Shown here: positions 1 through 9,925 of the stretch, in pieces
How the letters are laid out: the number at the start of each line of letters is the position of its first letter
How positions within the stretch are numbered: the first letter of the stretch is position 1
Source: a bacterium
GTDB taxonomy: Bacteria > Patescibacteriota > Microgenomatia > JAMCZE01
Direction of reading: 5' to 3'
Assembly: GCA_021836035.1 (NCBI GenBank)
Contig: JAKBJL010000003.1
Span: forward strand, 4,135-68,134
DNA: 64,000 bases
Position numbers and translations under genes: made by a program
Notes under the pieces: generated by a model
Told to the model about the DNA's origin: nothing
The model's database searches: none
Seen by the model: only the letters and a program-made list of their open reading frames with translations

Positions 1-2074
1 CTGGTAATTCCCAAACAAGGGAATTACTGGCTTTATTCCAAGTTACCTCACAATCTGTCCAGGGCTTTCTTAACTCGTAAATTTGATATGCCTGGGTTGT
101 CCCGTTAGTCACATACAAGGACAACTGGGCTCCGACCACTATCGAACCGGCAGGCACGGCACTGATGTCAAACTTAAAAAGGGATGACCGGTCCTTGCCG
201 CTTCCCGAGGATTCGCTTCCGCTGACTTTAACCGTCTGGCCACCGCAATAATTAGTATCGGGAGTGGTTTCACTAATATCGTTATCATTGGCCCCGTAAT
301 TGCTATCCGGAAAGACAGAGGTCCTAAAACTAATGACGGTTGCTCCCGGAGAAGAAGTGGTTGCTGAAACGGCCGGCGTTGGCGCCGATTCATTTCCGGC
401 AGCGTCAAAAGCGGAAATCGTATATGAATAAGCGGTATTTGGGGTTAGATTGGAGTCAAGATAAGAACTGACATTGCCGACAGAGGTTAGAAAAGTTCCG
501 TTACGGTAGATTTTATAGCCGGAGGCGCCGGTGGAACTGGCGTTATCATATGAAGTTCCCCAACGAAGTTCAAATTGATCGGCTTTTTCTAAAACCGCGT
601 CAAACGCCCGAGGGACCGAGGGCGGAATCGTATCTGACCCGTAATTGTCGGGCGGTTCTAAATAAACCGGAGCGCCTGGCCTTTTTAAAACGAAGGCGCC
701 GAATTCTATCGGCGTGTGCTTGGCCGGATAAGCGAGATCCCCAATCGGTTGAGCAACGGCTGTTGATGTCATGGGAATAGCGATATTTCCTCCCTGGTAA
801 GTGCCGGAGGCAATCGCCGGTCCTAAGTAATTCTGAGCGTCTTTAACCTCATAACTATCCCCGGCGTTTAAGACGCTGGAAACATCAACCTCGACCGAGC
901 TGCTGTTTGTCCAATTGTAAACGGTAATATTCGCCCGGCCCTTTTCGTATCTATTAGGCCGGACAAAAATACTGTTGGAAGTTGGACGGGAAGAATAATA
1001 TGTATTATTAGGATAGGTTGATGCTAAAGAACCAAGATTGCCGTAAAAAGTATTGCCAGTCATGGAAATATCTGAACAGTTAACAAAGGTAATTAAAGTT
1101 GAACCACCGGCAAAATAGTTACCGGAGCCGATCCGGGGATGTAGACAACCGCTATTGTAACCCAGGTTAACACCGGTGCCGCCGCCGGAACCTGAATAAT
1201 AAGTATAGTTATCTTTCAAGATAGGCCACTCGGCTAAATCCGGCTGGTAACCACCGATCAAGATGTTCGTTTTACGCGATCCGCCGATTTCGCCATTGGA
1301 AAAAGAAGTGTTACCCTGAACGTTAATATAGTTAATGTAACTGCCTTCAGCATAACCATGAATTCCATATCCGGTATCATTAAACATGATATTGTCAGTG
1401 GCATATTTGGTGCTATTGGCGTTTTGGATATAAATCGCATGGCCTCTTTCACCATTCGGGGCGGTGACACCGTTATAATAAATAATATTTCCGTAAGCTT
1501 CCGCGTAATCACCCCCGTTGGCCATAAAAAAACCAAGTCCGCCATCATGAACAACGAGGTTTATAGCTTTGTTGTTGTGTCCGGGAGCTCCCAAGACGAT
1601 ATCAGTTGCTCGTTTAAATTCGCAGGGCGAATAAGAACAAACCCGATGCGGATCGGAGCTCATAACTTCAAACCCCCGATAGATGGTATAATTGCCGCGG
1701 ATATCGAGAAAAGCTTCTACTCCAGAAGGTAAAACGTCTACTGAATTCCTATTCAAAACTGCCCATTCACCGGGGTAGGATTGGACTTTAATATAAGCGT
1801 TGGCATTGCCGGTTAAAGTCGATCGGAAATAGCCAGTTTGGTTATAAGTTCCGCCCCGCAAATTTATAGTATCACCCGGTAAAATTTTTCCCGCAGCACC
1901 AGATAGAGCCGTTTGTAAATCCCAGGGGTTGCTTATGGAACCGTCACCCGTAGAGAAACCCGTTGGGGAAACAAAATAATCAGTAGCAAAGACTGGTTTT
2001 GACAGGGAAAAACAGAAAATAAAAACCAGCAATGAAACAATATAGCAATAGAACAATGTTTTTTTATTTTCCAT
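1..2074 (-). CDS. Secreted parallel beta-helix protein with FN3 and DNRLRE-like domains; paralog of 2064..3902; runs off the left edge
   Basis: Not in the ORF track. Manual translation from ATG 2074 gives MENKKTLFYCYIVSLLVFIFCFSLSKPVFATDYFVSPTG...DTIPPSVPRAF...GYKIYRNG...DAAGNESA...LFKFDISAVPAGSIVVGAQLSLYV...VTWN, in frame to position 1. Confidence 0.85.
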   Translation of the reverse strand, partial: MENKKTLFYCYIVSLLVFIFCFSLSKPVFATDYFVSPTGFSTGDGSISNPWDLQTALSGAAGKILPGDTINLRGGTYNQTGYFRSTLTGNANAYIKVQSYPGEWAVLNRNSVDVLPSGVEAFLDIRGNYTIYRGFEVMSSDPHRVCSYSPCEFKRATDIVLGAPGHNNKAINLVVHDGGLGFFMANGGDYAEAYGNIIYYNGVTAPNGERGHAIYIQNANSTKYATDNIMFNDTGYGIHGYAEGSYINYINVQGNTSFSNGEIGGSRKTNILIGGYQPDLAEWPILKDNYTYYSGSGGGTGVNLGYNSGCLHPRIGSGNYFAGGSTLITFVNCSDISMTGNTFYGNLGSLASTYPNNTYYSSRPTSNSIFVRPNRYEKGRANITVYNWTNSSSVEVDVSSVLNAGDSYEVKDAQNYLGPAIASGTYQGGNIAIPMTSTAVAQPIGDLAYPAKHTPIEFGAFVLKRPGAPVYLEPPDNYGSDTIPPSVPRAFDAVLEKADQFELRWGTSYDNASSTGASGYKIYRNGTFLTSVGNVSSYLDSNLTPNTAYSYTISAFDAAGNESAPTPAVSATTSSPGATVISFRTSVFPDSNYGANDNDISETTPDTNYCGGQTVKVSGSESSGSGKDRSSLFKFDISAVPAGSIVVGAQLSLYVTNGTTQAYQIYELRKPWTDCEVTWNKASNSLVWELP

Positions 2075-3902
2075 AATTAGCAATCACTTTTGTTAAATCA
2101 AAGATAGTGTACGGATTGTTAAAAGAATTTACTACTGTAAGCATATCATTAATATCAACTTTGCCGTCCAGATTATAGTCTCCCGGAATTCCTCCGGTTG
2201 TCACTGTGCTGGGGGCTGATTGGGCTGATTCGTTTCCGGCATCATCGGTGGCCGAAACCGTATAAATATAAGAAGTTTGGGGGAGGATACTCAAGTCTGA
2301 ATAGGAGCAGTTATTATTGGTCGTACAGATTTGCCCAAGAGTTTTTAAAGCCGCTCCATTACGGTAGATTTTATAACCGGTTGGACCGTTAGAACCGGTA
2401 TTATCATAAGAGCCGATCCAGGAAAGATTAACCAGATTGGAATTTGCCAATCCCGCTTTAAACGACCTGGGAACCGACGGAGGTATAGTATCCGGTCCGT
2501 AATCGTCGGGTGGTTCTAGGTATATCGGTGTGCCCGTTCGTTTTAAGACGAACGCGCCGAATTCCGAAGAAGTATGGGTGACCGAAAGGGTTGGGACTGT
2601 TGGTTGGGCAACAGCCGTCCCCGTCATGGGAATGGTAATCGATCCGCCCCGATAAGTTCCCGAGGCAATCGCCGGGCCCAAATAATCTTGAACATCTTTT
2701 ACTTCGTAACTGTCGCCGATTTGTAAAATATTGGAGACATCGACATCAACACTTGAAACATTGGCCCAATTAAAAACAGTAATATTAGCTCTGCCCTGTT
2801 CATATTTGTTGGGCCGAACAAAAATACTGTTGGTGGTTGGCCGGGCGGAATAATAGGTGTTGTTGGGATAGGTACTTTGTAGGGAACTAACGGAACCATA
2901 AAATGTATTGCCGGTGACGGTAATATCACTGCAATTAACAAAAGTAATTAAGGAACTGCCGCGGGCGATATAGTTACCCGGCCCGACTTGCGGATGATGG
3001 CAACCCGTACTGTAACCAAGATTTATTCCCGTACCGGAAGACCCGGAATAATAAAGATAATTATCTTTTATGATTGGCCATTCCGCTAAGTCCGGCTGAT
3101 TGCCGCCAATTAAAATATTGGCTTTATTTGAGCCGCCGAGACTGCCGCTTTTAAAAATAGTATTGCCGGCGAGATTAAAGTAATTAAGGTAGCTCCCCGA
3201 AGCATAAGCATGAAAACCGTAGGCATAGGAATTGAGAATCATGTTATTGGTGATATATTTGGTGCTGTTGGCATTTTGGGCATAAATACCGTGCTGAAGG
3301 TTGGAAGCGCCGTTGTTATAAAAGATGTTCCCGTAGACCTCGGAATCGTTATGGCCATTAGCAAAAAACATGCCGATGCCGTTATCATGAATGACTAAAT
3401 TAACAATTTTATTATTATGGCCGGGCGCGCCGGGAACCACTCCTGTTACCCGATTAAAACTGCAATCGGGTGCGGCGCAACCAAGGAGAGGACTGGAGTT
3501 CGTTACTTCAAAACCCCGGTAAATAGTATAACTGCCCTCAATTTCGAAAAAACCCTCGGTATTGGCTGGCATCATTGCCGCCGAGGCCCGGTCAACTATC
3601 GCCCATTCACCCGGGTAAGATTGAACTTTAATATAATTGCTTGCGGAACCGGCAAGTGAGGAATGATAATAAATGCTCTGATTGTAAGTGCCGCCACGTA
3701 AGTTAAGCGTGTCTCCCGGGATAATTTTCCCGTTACCTCCGTGAAGAGCCGTTTGCAAGTCCCAGGGATTATTTATTGAGCCATCGCCAAGTGAACTTCC
3801 CCCGGGTGAAACAAAATAGTCAGCGGCAAATACCACCGTAGGAAGCAGCAGGTAGAGGGTGGTAAAAAGCGGAACAATAAAATAACTAAGTAATATTTTC
3901 AT
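2064..3902 (-). CDS. Secreted right-handed parallel beta-helix protein (pectin-lyase-like fold) with FN3 and C-terminal dockerin-like tag
   Basis: Signal peptide ending VVFA; YFVSPGG..GDGSINNPW; PGDTLNLRGGTY; Asn/Gly-rich repeats; FN3 motifs (GYKIYRNG, YTVSATDDAGNES); C-terminal GDYNLDGKVDINDML...IFDLTKVIANYGK. Confidence 0.85.
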   Translation of the reverse strand: MKILLSYFIVPLFTTLYLLLPTVVFAADYFVSPGGSSLGDGSINNPWDLQTALHGGNGKIIPGDTLNLRGGTYNQSIYYHSSLAGSASNYIKVQSYPGEWAIVDRASAAMMPANTEGFFEIEGSYTIYRGFEVTNSSPLLGCAAPDCSFNRVTGVVPGAPGHNNKIVNLVIHDNGIGMFFANGHNDSEVYGNIFYNNGASNLQHGIYAQNANSTKYITNNMILNSYAYGFHAYASGSYLNYFNLAGNTIFKSGSLGGSNKANILIGGNQPDLAEWPIIKDNYLYYSGSSGTGINLGYSTGCHHPQVGPGNYIARGSSLITFVNCSDITVTGNTFYGSVSSLQSTYPNNTYYSARPTTNSIFVRPNKYEQGRANITVFNWANVSSVDVDVSNILQIGDSYEVKDVQDYLGPAIASGTYRGGSITIPMTGTAVAQPTVPTLSVTHTSSEFGAFVLKRTGTPIYLEPPDDYGPDTIPPSVPRSFKAGLANSNLVNLSWIGSYDNTGSNGPTGYKIYRNGAALKTLGQICTTNNNCSYSDLSILPQTSYIYTVSATDDAGNESAQSAPSTVTTGGIPGDYNLDGKVDINDMLTVVNSFNNPYTIFDLTKVIANYGK

Positions 3903-3903
3903 C

Positions 3904-4429
3904 TCATTTTCCGAAATTGGAAATTACCCCGGTGAGGGTAAAGATATTATAGGGATTACCAAAATGGATAATCGCTTCCGGTAAATCATAGATATCTACC
4001 CGCCTGTCGCCGTTTAAGTCTCCAGCAAGGCTTGCGTTTCCCCGGACCGCTTTTACCGGGTCGGTTAAGCCGGAAATATCTTCCGGTGAGGATGCCCAAA
4101 TACCGATTTGCCCGGTTAAATCATTTAACTGTTTTGTTGGTACCATTCTTATCGTTTACCGAAGCGGGGTCAGTAATTTCCCGGTCATAATTGGCAATCG
4201 CCGGGTCAGTCGCCCAGGCAAAAATATTTAATGGTGGGTAAGGCAGAAGACCAAAACGGAGGTTAAGGTAATTGTTTAATGCCGAACTAAGAGGAGAGGC
4301 GTAATTAGAAAAACCCCGAGCTGAAATGGAAAGAGCAAGTCTTTCGGAAACACCCGATATTGCCAGCCAAAAGCTAAGGACTGATAATAAACGGCTGACT
4401 GATGAAACACCCTTCATAGGTTTTCCCAA
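3904..4429 (-). pseudogene. Fragmented secreted protein retaining a C-terminal dockerin-like tag
   Basis: Two overlapping short frames (4121..4429 and 3904..4146); the second ends GDLNGDRRVDIYDL...IFTLTGVISNFGK; much shorter than neighbouring tagged genes. Confidence 0.6.
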
Positions 4430-4485
4430 TTTTTGCGCGGCTTCACCTTTTCCCCGCCCTGTTTCCCAACTTTACCATATTTTGG

Positions 4486-4514
4486 TTGCCAACGCCTCTA
4501 TGAACTATTATAAT
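4486..4514 (+). promoter_or_regulatory. Sigma70-type promoter for glgA (very short leader)
   Basis: TTGCCA (4486)-17 nt-TATAAT (4509); ATG at 4524. Confidence 0.65.
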
Positions 4515-4523
4515 TAGGAAGCA

Positions 4524-6059
4524 ATGTCCCAGGGAAACCTAAAGGTTCTTTTCGTGGCCGCTGAGGTAGCGCCTTTTTCCATGATGGGCGGTTTGGGGCA
4601 GGTAGGTTACTTTCTGCCGCGGGGACTACTCAAAAAGGGTGTTGATGTCCGCATTTTTACTCCCCGCTACGCGAAGATTGATCCGGTAAAATTTCCCCTG
4701 AAGATGGTTGTAGAAGGACTGCGGGTGCCGACCGGAGAACCGCCGGGTACGAATAATCCCACGGAGCTTATCTGCAATATCAAATCTTTCGGTGAGACGA
4801 AAAAGGGCGAACCGACAGTCTATTTTCTGGAAAACCAGGAATATTATGAACAACGGGCAAACGTTTACGGCTACAGCGACGACCATATCCGCTTCGGTCT
4901 CTTATCACGTGGGGCTTTGGAGTTTATCAAAAATGACGGTTTTGTTCCGGATCTGGTTCATTGTAATGATTGGCACACCGGTTATCTGATAAACTTTTTA
5001 GAACAGGAAAGCAAAGAAAGCCGGATTAATAAAATTGCCCGTCTGATGTCCGTCCATAACCTTTACCAGGGCAATTTCGATTTTGCCCATTGTTCGGAGA
5101 TGGATTACGACGACGGTAAAAGTCCCCTGGCGTCTTTTTATACGGAACAGTTTTATAAGCAAAACGCCCTGAAGCGGGGAGTGATTTACGCGGATGCGGT
5201 CAATACCGTTTCCGAAACTTATGCCCGGGAGATCATGACTGACGAGTACGGTAAGGGAATGCACAATTTATTCCGGGAGCTCCGCGGGAAACTATTCGGC
5301 GTCCTTAACGGCTTGGATTATCGCGAATTCAATCCCCAGACCGACAAAATTATTAAAGCTAACTATAGCCTTAACTCCTTGGATAAGCGGGCGGAAAACA
5401 AAAAAGATTTACAGCGACAGTTTGGTCTGGACGAAGACCCGGACGTACCAATTTTATCTTTCTGGGGTCGCATTGATACGCAGAAAGGCGTTACTTTGAT
5501 GCAGGAGACGATGCATTTTCTACTTTCGGAATTTGATGCCCAACTGGTGATGGTCGGCCCGATTGACGACCAATTCAGGGATTATTTTTTACAACTGGAA
5601 AAGGATTTCCCCGGTCGGGTGGGAACGCATTTTCTGTATAACCCCATACTGCCGCGGAAGGTGTCTGCCGGAGGGGACATCGTGCTTTTACCTTCCAAAT
5701 ATGAGCCGGGAGGAATTGTGGCTTTGGAAGCGATGCGCTACGGTTGCGTGCCGGTAGTCCGGGCCACCGGCGGTTTGGCTGATTCGGTGACTGATTATAA
5801 TCCGGCTAAAAATATCGGCACCGGTTTTACATTTAAGAAATTTACCCGGGAAAGTTTTATTGTGGCCGTTGTCCGGGCTCTTGAAACTTACAAAGATAAA
5901 GATGCGTGGAATAAGATTGTCCGGCGGGCGATGCAACAGGATTTTTCCTGGGGGAAAGTCGCGGAGAAGTATCTGGATTTGTACCAGCGGGCGGTGGAGT
6001 TTCGTAAAGAAGCGCTTCTTCCCAATCCGCCCACAGCGTTCAGGCAAATAACAACGTAA
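4524..6059 (+). CDS. glgA: Glycogen synthase (GT5), copy 1
   Basis: KVLFVAAEVAPF..MGGLG, VHCNDWHT, VNTVSETYAREI, GVLNGLD, PSKYEPGG, RATGGLAD, DFSW. Confidence 0.9.
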   Translation: MSQGNLKVLFVAAEVAPFSMMGGLGQVGYFLPRGLLKKGVDVRIFTPRYAKIDPVKFPLKMVVEGLRVPTGEPPGTNNPTELICNIKSFGETKKGEPTVYFLENQEYYEQRANVYGYSDDHIRFGLLSRGALEFIKNDGFVPDLVHCNDWHTGYLINFLEQESKESRINKIARLMSVHNLYQGNFDFAHCSEMDYDDGKSPLASFYTEQFYKQNALKRGVIYADAVNTVSETYAREIMTDEYGKGMHNLFRELRGKLFGVLNGLDYREFNPQTDKIIKANYSLNSLDKRAENKKDLQRQFGLDEDPDVPILSFWGRIDTQKGVTLMQETMHFLLSEFDAQLVMVGPIDDQFRDYFLQLEKDFPGRVGTHFLYNPILPRKVSAGGDIVLLPSKYEPGGIVALEAMRYGCVPVVRATGGLADSVTDYNPAKNIGTGFTFKKFTRESFIVAVVRALETYKDKDAWNKIVRRAMQQDFSWGKVAEKYLDLYQRAVEFRKEALLPNPPTAFRQITT

Positions 6060-6141
6060 GGGGCCAGGAATTAGGGGCCAGGAATTAGAGAATTTTTCGT
6101 TATGCTAACTCCTGAACTCCAGCTGCTAGCCCCTTCGATTT

Positions 6142-7623
6142 ATGGTTTGGGCTAATTTTTTGCATATTTTCCAACCGGCGCACCAGTTGCCGGATATTTT
6201 GGAAAGGATTGTCAATGAATCCTACCGGCCTTTGATGAAAGGCTTCTTAGCCCGTCCGAAGGCGAAGCTGATTTTAAATATTAACGCGGGGCTGGCGGAG
6301 CTTCTGATTGCTCAGGGATACGGAGATATTATCGAAGCGGTTACGACCCTTGCCGAGCGGGGGCAGCTGGAATTTTTAGAAAGCGCGGCTTATCATGCTT
6401 TTCTCCCCATGCTTCCCGAGGCGGAAATCCGTCAACAGATTGCTTTAAATAAAAAAATTAATACCGGAATTTTCGGTAAAGTTTACCAACCAACGGGCTT
6501 TTTTGCTCCGGAAATGGCTTACAGCGAAAAGGTAGGGAAAATTGCCGACGAGCTGGGTTACCGTTATTATCTTCTTGATGAAATCGCCTTCAACGGTCGG
6601 GTGGAACAGGCAGATCTCGCCAAAATTTTTACTTTGCAGGGAACCAGCCTGAAAATTCTTTTCCGCAACCGCCGGATATCGAACCTGATCATGGGCGCGG
6701 TGGTTAGAAACGGGGAAACTTTTATCGAAGCGCTCGGGGAAGCGGGTAAGGAAGATTTTAAAGGTTATATTCTCACCGCGATGGACGGGGAAACTTTCGG
6801 CCATCACCGGCCGGGATTGGACAAGTTACTTTTTGAAATTTATGAGTCCAAAAAAATTCAGCCGGTGCTTTCGCAGGATTTATTAAATATGTATCCGGCG
6901 GGAGGCGAAATTGCTCCCATTGCTTCCACCTGGGCCTGCAGCGCTGATGACATCGCCCGCGGCGCCCAGTTTAATCTTTGGAACGATCCGGAAAATGAAA
7001 TTCACCGCCTGCAGTGGGAATTGGCCGATTTGGCTTTGGAAGCGGGAAGTTTTCTCACCGGAGAGCTCAAAAGGAAACACCAGGAATTGATCCAGGATAA
7101 GCTGGACCGGGCTTTGGATTCCGGCCAGTTTTGGTGGGCTTCAGCCAATCCCTGGTGGAGCCTTGAGGAAATTGAAAGGGGAGCTTGGAATTTATTGGAG
7201 GTAGTGGAGGAAGTCGACCGCCTGGGGGGACGGCAAATGGAAAAGGTAACCCGCGCCCGCCAGGTTTACCAGAAAATTATTTCCATGGCTTTCGATTACC
7301 AGCGCACTGGGCGGATGCGCAAAATTATTGCCGCCCAAAAAAGCTTTTTAAAAATTCCCGTCAAGGAGCGCGATCCGGCGGAATATAAAGCGGCGGTGGA
7401 AATTCTCCGGCGCGAGGAAAAGAATGCCGTCCAACGCGGCGAATACGAACAGGCGATCAAATGGCGCGATGCTGCTTATAAATTAGAAAACGGTTTGGAT
7501 ATTTATGATACAGTCAGTATTATTGACCAACTTCGGGCGCAAAACCGCCACCAGGATTTTGAACAGATTTTGGAAAAATACCGCGAGGAATTCCGCAATC
7601 TTCAATCCGGCCAACCGGAATAA
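6142..7623 (+). CDS. Glycoside hydrolase family 57 protein with a C-terminal UVR-like helical motif
   Basis: NFLHIFQP, ESYRP, AYHAFLP, FAPEMAY, AMDGETFGHH, FWWAS; tail NAVQRGEYEQAIKWRDA. Confidence 0.85.
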   Translation: MVWANFLHIFQPAHQLPDILERIVNESYRPLMKGFLARPKAKLILNINAGLAELLIAQGYGDIIEAVTTLAERGQLEFLESAAYHAFLPMLPEAEIRQQIALNKKINTGIFGKVYQPTGFFAPEMAYSEKVGKIADELGYRYYLLDEIAFNGRVEQADLAKIFTLQGTSLKILFRNRRISNLIMGAVVRNGETFIEALGEAGKEDFKGYILTAMDGETFGHHRPGLDKLLFEIYESKKIQPVLSQDLLNMYPAGGEIAPIASTWACSADDIARGAQFNLWNDPENEIHRLQWELADLALEAGSFLTGELKRKHQELIQDKLDRALDSGQFWWASANPWWSLEEIERGAWNLLEVVEEVDRLGGRQMEKVTRARQVYQKIISMAFDYQRTGRMRKIIAAQKSFLKIPVKERDPAEYKAAVEILRREEKNAVQRGEYEQAIKWRDAAYKLENGLDIYDTVSIIDQLRAQNRHQDFEQILEKYREEFRNLQSGQPE

Positions 7624-7750
7624 ATACAGCTTCAGAGGGCGCTGTCTCCTCAAGGTCAAGCCAATAATAAATTATCGAATGATATCTTTACAGGGAAACA
7701 ATATGGCTTATAATAGCTTCATAAGTTTCTGTCTCAGGAAGTGATAGAAA

Positions 7751-8107
7751 ATGAGTAATCGATATGAAATCAGGTTTCATCAGTGTGATCCGATTGGGGG
7801 AAAGATATTTGCAAAACCCGAAGAGGTGATGGAAATTTCCCGTTTAAATTTTACCGAAAGTATTGAAGCGGTGGAGAAAGCTATGGGAGGATATGCGTGT
7901 GAAGTAAGAGTGGTGGAAATTAATAACTCCGGAGGAGAAGACGTTTTTATCAAATATAACCGGCACAGCGGGGTTCTGGAAATATTGGGAATTGAAATTC
8001 CTCCGGAGACGGACCTTAAAAGGAGAATGAAAGAAACCGGCAAAACAGGGCTTGCCTTATTGGCAGAGTTGGCACGGGAAAGAAATTCCGCTAAGATGGA
8101 AGTGTGA
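7751..8107 (+). CDS. Hypothetical protein
   Basis: 118 aa ORF whose stop overlaps the next start (GTGA). Confidence 0.6.
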   Translation: MSNRYEIRFHQCDPIGGKIFAKPEEVMEISRLNFTESIEAVEKAMGGYACEVRVVEINNSGGEDVFIKYNRHSGVLEILGIEIPPETDLKRRMKETGKTGLALLAELARERNSAKMEV

Positions 8108-9759
8108 AGGTTTTGTATTGCGCTTCGGAGTGCGCGCCTTTTTTTAAACTCGGGGGTTTGGGCGATGTCGCCGGCAGTTTGCCTCAGGCGCTGACTAGGT
8201 TAGGAATAGAAGCAACGGTTGCGATACCTTTCTTCAAACAAATTAGCGAGGGCATAGGGGATGGGGGCCCGCTTCGTTCTGGGGGGAGCGAGGCGCTCCG
8301 GGGATTAGAGAAAACGGAGGAATATGTAGTGCACTTCGGGAAACCGAAAAGACCGGAGAAAGTAACAGTCTACCGTGGTAAACTGCCGGACGGGGAAACC
8401 CCGATTTTATTTTTTGCTAATCCCACCTACCTGACACAATATGTTTCACCCGCGGATTTTGGTGACCAGGATAAGATTGTAGAGCGGTTTATTTTTTTCT
8501 CCGAAGCAATTGCGAAATATTTAAGTCTTGGGGTCCTGCCAAGCGACCATCCCCAAAATGCTAGCTTCGCCAAACGGCGTATCTTTTCGGTTCATTCTTC
8601 CTTGAATTTTATTTCTTATATCTTATCCGGACAAGTAAGACTTCGCAACGCTTTTGGGGTACCCGCAGGTCGTCAACCCTACTTTGATGTTATTCATCTC
8701 AACGACTGGCATGTAAGCATGGTAGCATCAATATTAAATACCAAATTTCAAGATATAAGATACAAACCAAAGACTCTTCTGACTATTCATAATTTATCTT
8801 ATAAAGGCCGGGTGGTAAGCGATATTTTGGCCGATTTGCCACCGGAGATTTATGATGCGGCTTCAGTCGAGTGGGATATCGGGGACGGAATTTTAAACTG
8901 TCTCAAACAGGGAATAGTGGCGGCTGATTATGTCAATACTGTCTCTCCGACCTACGCACGGGAAATACAAACCCCGGAATATGGTGAAGGAATGGAAGAG
9001 CTGCTGCATGGCAGAGAGGGGAGATTGGTGGGGATTTTGAACGGTATTGATGGAAAAGTGTGGGACCCGCGCAAAGACGGGATGATAGCAAAAAGTTTAA
9101 AGACAATGGTAGCAAGTATTGAGTCTCGGGAAAAGGAAATAGGGGGATGGAAAAAAGAAAACAAGAAAGCGCTGCGGCAGGCGGTAGGATTGCCGCAGGA
9201 AGAGGATGTCCCTCTATTCGGAATGGTGAGCCGGATGACGGAACAGAAAGGTATAGATATTTTAAATAAATCAATAAATTCTGTCCTGGGGCGGGGTGCG
9301 GGCCTAAAAAACTTTCAATTGGTCGTTTTGGGGACGGGGGAGAAAGAATATGAAGCCGGGTTGCAAGAGTTGGCCGATAAGTATCCGGACCAAGTGGCGG
9401 TGAAGATCGGATTTGACGAAAAACTAGCCCATCAAATTTATGCCGGGAGCGATTTTTTCCTGGTGCCGTCGAAGTTTGAACCCTGTGGGCTGACGCAAAT
9501 TATCGCCATGCGCTATGGCTCAGTTCCCCTCGTTCGTGATACCGGAGGATTACACGATACGGTTAAAGACGGGGGAACGGGGATCGTATTTAAGGAATAT
9601 AGCTCGGAAGCCCTGACGGAGGCGATGCAAAGAGCAATCGGGATATACGGGGAGCAGGATACAGTACGCAATCTGCGAAATAGGGGGATGCAAGAGGATT
9701 TTTCCTGGGAGCAAAGCGCCCGGGAATATGTTAATCTTTATAAAAGAATATTATCCTAA
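8104..9759 (+). CDS. glgA: Glycogen synthase (GT5), copy 2, with in-frame insertions
   Basis: ECAPFFKLGGLGDV, IHLNDWH, TIHNLSY, VSPTYAREI, SRMTEQKG, PSKFEPCGL, DFSW. Confidence 0.9.
   Translation: MKVLYCASECAPFFKLGGLGDVAGSLPQALTRLGIEATVAIPFFKQISEGIGDGGPLRSGGSEALRGLEKTEEYVVHFGKPKRPEKVTVYRGKLPDGETPILFFANPTYLTQYVSPADFGDQDKIVERFIFFSEAIAKYLSLGVLPSDHPQNASFAKRRIFSVHSSLNFISYILSGQVRLRNAFGVPAGRQPYFDVIHLNDWHVSMVASILNTKFQDIRYKPKTLLTIHNLSYKGRVVSDILADLPPEIYDAASVEWDIGDGILNCLKQGIVAADYVNTVSPTYAREIQTPEYGEGMEELLHGREGRLVGILNGIDGKVWDPRKDGMIAKSLKTMVASIESREKEIGGWKKENKKALRQAVGLPQEEDVPLFGMVSRMTEQKGIDILNKSINSVLGRGAGLKNFQLVVLGTGEKEYEAGLQELADKYPDQVAVKIGFDEKLAHQIYAGSDFFLVPSKFEPCGLTQIIAMRYGSVPLVRDTGGLHDTVKDGGTGIVFKEYSSEALTEAMQRAIGIYGEQDTVRNLRNRGMQEDFSWEQSAREYVNLYKRILS
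8528..8680. mobile_element. MITE-like palindromic element inserted in frame in glgA copy 2
   Basis: Imperfect inverted ends (ggggtcc...ccccaaaatgc and gcttttggggtaccc...aaccc); about 50 extra residues before IHLNDWH compared with glgA copy 1. Confidence 0.6.
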
Positions 9760-9760
9760 T

Positions 9761-9911
9761 TTTGGGGTCCCGGCGCGAACAGCCCCAAAAACAGCATTTG
9801 CTATGGCGACGGCATTATTATCCAGCGTTTTTTTTCCTCTTTTCGTGTCCGATTTTATAAAAAAGAGGGGTTTATTCCATGTTTTACCGGGCGCCCGTTC
9901 GCGTGGCCCTC
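9761..9911. mobile_element. Intergenic MITE-like element related to 8528..8680
   Basis: Left end ttggggtcccggcgcgaacagccccaaaa resembles ttggggtcctgccaagcgaccatccccaaaa; right end gttcgcgtggccc is inverted relative to the left end. Confidence 0.55.
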
Positions 9912-9925
9912 TTTAAAATTAAAAT

